A stretch of DNA of 5,924 nucleotides from a virus: positions 1-5,924 of the IMG/VR virus record IMGVR_UViG_3300020030_000847; one strand, written 5' to 3'. Position numbers and translations under genes: made by a program. The notes below the pieces were generated by a model. It made no database searches. It was not told the DNA's origin and was given only the letters and a program-made list of their open reading frames with translations. This document shows, piece after piece, positions 3,844-5,924 of the stretch. Position 1 is the stretch's first letter. The number at the start of each line of letters is the position of its first letter.

Positions 3844-5664
3844 CTAACGGTTTGCAAGACGTGTTGCGAATGATTTATTGACGAGATTCCTCTTTTGTAC
3901 TGAATACGAGAGGTTTACGAAGAAATTATCCTGTGTATCCGCGACGAACGGAGTGTTTACCGTGGAAATGTCCGTAAAAAGGGTGGGTATTTCAGAAAAC
4001 GCGTGAGTAATAGTGTTTTCAGGAATACTTATGATACTTCGGCTTTGTATCCACCGCTGAAGATCACCGTCTGATGTACTAAGCGAGCCGAATTGGCCGA
4101 GAGCTTCATCGTACGAAGCGCGAAACTCGTTAAAACAGGGCTCGCGATAGACCGTGACATCAGGCGTCGTTGTCGTAAATGATGCTGGGCCTGTGGAAAA
4201 ACGAGTAAGCGGAACGTCCTGATAACCAATATCATTATACAGCGGATTGAAGTAGTCAGCACCCTGATAGCGCAAATGATCCGGTTTGATATTTTGCCAG
4301 TAGTAAACCGGCCGAATGCTTAACATATCAATCATATAGCCGGGCTCTCTGAAATAATAGGACTGTGCCCGACCGAGTTTAGCATTGAAAGCGATCGAAC
4401 CACCTTGCTGAGCGAGAGCCGTAGCCTTCACATTGCCGCTAGAAGCGCCATTCATTGTGGCAAAAACAATCTGTGCATTGACGGTCTGGGATGCTGAAAA
4501 AAGAAGCTTCGGACGATCTACATGCTCGATGCGTGAGGCGAAGAAAGTCTCCAGCCAGTCGCTATAGCGAGATCCTCCAGCACCAAGAAGATCCTTGTAC
4601 TCTTGCAGGCGGCTGGCGATAGCCAACTGCGGAACGGTGAAGGCTGAACTAATGTTCACGGCATCTCCACTTGTGCCGGCGGGCAGCATGCGGGAAAACC
4701 GGTCAGGACTAGCCGGGACGACGGCCATAGGATGAAATTGAGCAAAAATGTCAATCATTGATATGGGACCGGTTGGCGAACCTTGTTCGCCTGTAGGAAC
4801 CTGCCCATTAGGATGTGTCGTATCGGCGGCTCCATTGAACAATGGGGTGACCGGAATAGATTGCTCTACATCTGTTTTGTCTGGACCGAGTTCCGTGTCG
4901 GTATCTGAATTGATGATCTGATAAAGGAGGCCCATTCTGTTGTAAGTCAGATTACTAGACAAGACCGATCCGGGATAAAATTGGCTTTCAAAAAAATAGT
5001 CGAGAAACGATAAATCGCCGTAACGCTGGAAAAAATAAGACGACTTACCTTTATATTTTATCTTGTACCTTGTATTAACCGAATCGTAAAAGGCACCCCA
5101 AGAACCGGGCCACGCGAACGAGTAGAGCGGATACTGACTGTAGCTATAAAAATTCCGGACGATGTCCCAATATGCAAGGTATGAGTCAGCGGTCACCCAC
5201 GACGTCGCACTAAGGTGTTCGGCAGAAAGAAAACTTGCAGCCTGAGAATTATTTGCAATAGGATTTCGCTGGGCAACACGCAGCCAAGCCATAAGAGAAT
5301 TTGGATACGCATTACCTTGATTCAGAGCATTATCTCCCCTGTGATTCACAAACGTACGCAAAAAATTAAGCGACAGATTGTTCATGTCAAAGTCCGAACT
5401 GTTCGCGCGCAGTTCCGGGTGGTAGAGCTGGAGAGGCACCCAAAAACGATGAAGGCGAACCGTGTACGGATTGAACGTCGGGACCGCCAACGGGTTACTA
5501 CGAACATCGATACCTTGCGCGATCTTCACACGATCGCGGGCGTTAATGAAGTCGATTCGCACCGGATAGAGGACGCCGGGTGTACATGTAAATGCCTTAG
5601 ACTCAGGCACATCATAACGCGAATACCCATTCACGGTATGAGAAATAAAAGGTTGTTTACCCAT
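3844..5664 (-). CDS. VP1: Major capsid protein (microvirus VP1 / phiX174 F-like), 606 aa
   Basis: It is the largest ORF. The N-terminal pattern SRYDV..FTCTPGVLYPV...DVRSNPLAVPTF...RLHRFWVPLQLY fits the conserved layout of microvirus capsids: FDLS-like, T..G.L.P, R..PL..P, F.VP.R. Size and position (rep, then capsid, then pilot) are typical. Confidence 0.92.
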   Translation of the reverse strand: MGKQPFISHTVNGYSRYDVPESKAFTCTPGVLYPVRIDFINARDRVKIAQGIDVRSNPLAVPTFNPYTVRLHRFWVPLQLYHPELRANSSDFDMNNLSLNFLRTFVNHRGDNALNQGNAYPNSLMAWLRVAQRNPIANNSQAASFLSAEHLSATSWVTADSYLAYWDIVRNFYSYSQYPLYSFAWPGSWGAFYDSVNTRYKIKYKGKSSYFFQRYGDLSFLDYFFESQFYPGSVLSSNLTYNRMGLLYQIINSDTDTELGPDKTDVEQSIPVTPLFNGAADTTHPNGQVPTGEQGSPTGPISMIDIFAQFHPMAVVPASPDRFSRMLPAGTSGDAVNISSAFTVPQLAIASRLQEYKDLLGAGGSRYSDWLETFFASRIEHVDRPKLLFSASQTVNAQIVFATMNGASSGNVKATALAQQGGSIAFNAKLGRAQSYYFREPGYMIDMLSIRPVYYWQNIKPDHLRYQGADYFNPLYNDIGYQDVPLTRFSTGPASFTTTTPDVTVYREPCFNEFRASYDEALGQFGSLSTSDGDLQRWIQSRSIISIPENTITHAFSEIPTLFTDISTVNTPFVADTQDNFFVNLSYSVQKRNLVNKSFATRLANR

Positions 5665-5924
5665 AAACTAATGATTTATTGAAGATTACGTCTTCCGGAG
5701 GTTCGAGGCCAAACGCCTGCTTCCAGACCGGAATAACTTGCTTGAAAGCCTGTACAATGAAGGGACGACCCATGTATTTTTTTGATTCAGAGTACTTCAC
5801 ATAGGTTAGCATTTGGGAGAACGAACCCTTACTAAAGGATAAGGATGCCGGGTCGACCATGAACCGCGAAGCAATAGCCCTAAGAAAGTCAGCGACCAGA
5901 TTGTCAGCGAAATAGCATGCATAA
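5657..5924 (-). CDS. VP4: Rep (VP4) C-terminal segment; 5657..5803 is unique and 5804..5924 re-encodes residues about 265-304
   Basis: Same frame as 1..912 through the 121-nt overlap. Stop TAA is at 5659..5657. The last 8 nt overlap the VP1 start (ATGGGTAA). Base 5924 is a partial codon at the window edge. Confidence 0.9.
   Translation of the reverse strand, partial: YACYFADNLVADFLRAIASRFMVDPASLSFSKGSFSQMLTYVKYSESKKYMGRPFIVQAFKQVIPVWKQAFGLEPPEDVIFNKSLVYG
5804..5924. repeat. Terminal direct repeat, copy 2 (identical to 1..121)
   Basis: Same 121-nt string as the window start. Reading through it keeps the rep frame open across the junction. Confidence 0.95.

Noticed and set aside
1-5924. Scan for tRNA or rRNA genes, CRISPR repeats, integrase or att sites, and toxin-antitoxin pairs.
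   Set aside because: There are no spaced direct-repeat arrays, no cloverleaf-like segments in the three noncoding stretches, and no ORFs with recombinase or toxin motifs. The coding capacity is fully taken up by the phage genes listed.

Overview
The window is one complete circular Microviridae (small ssDNA phage) genome, written as the complement of its coding strand. Bases 1..121 are repeated exactly at 5804..5924, so the unit length is 5803 nt. The replication-protein ORF that runs off the window start is completed by the sequence at the window end.

All convincing genes are on the minus strand. In transcription order they are: major capsid VP1 (606 aa), an acidic 107-aa ORF, a 330-nt structured noncoding region, an 83-aa lipobox protein, DNA-pilot VP2 (419 aa), a 24% GC intergenic region, an acidic 108-aa ORF, a hairpin plus T8, a 75-aa ORF, then the HUH/YxxxY rolling-circle Rep VP4 (352 aa across the junction).

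I recognise only the capsid, pilot and Rep genes. The four small ORFs resemble no family I can recall, and I see no scaffolding, J/VP8-like or lysis gene. I found no tRNA, rRNA, CRISPR array, integrase or transposase.

Main leads:
- A promoter-gene-terminator (moron-like) cassette around the 108-aa ORF.
- A small lipoprotein coupled to the pilot gene.
- A +1-frame hydrophobic ORF inside rep, arranged like phiX174 gene E.
- A phiX174-like origin core (TTGATATT) beside a hairpin and iterated 11-mers in the noncoding region.

All homology statements come from motif recognition by eye, not from searches.
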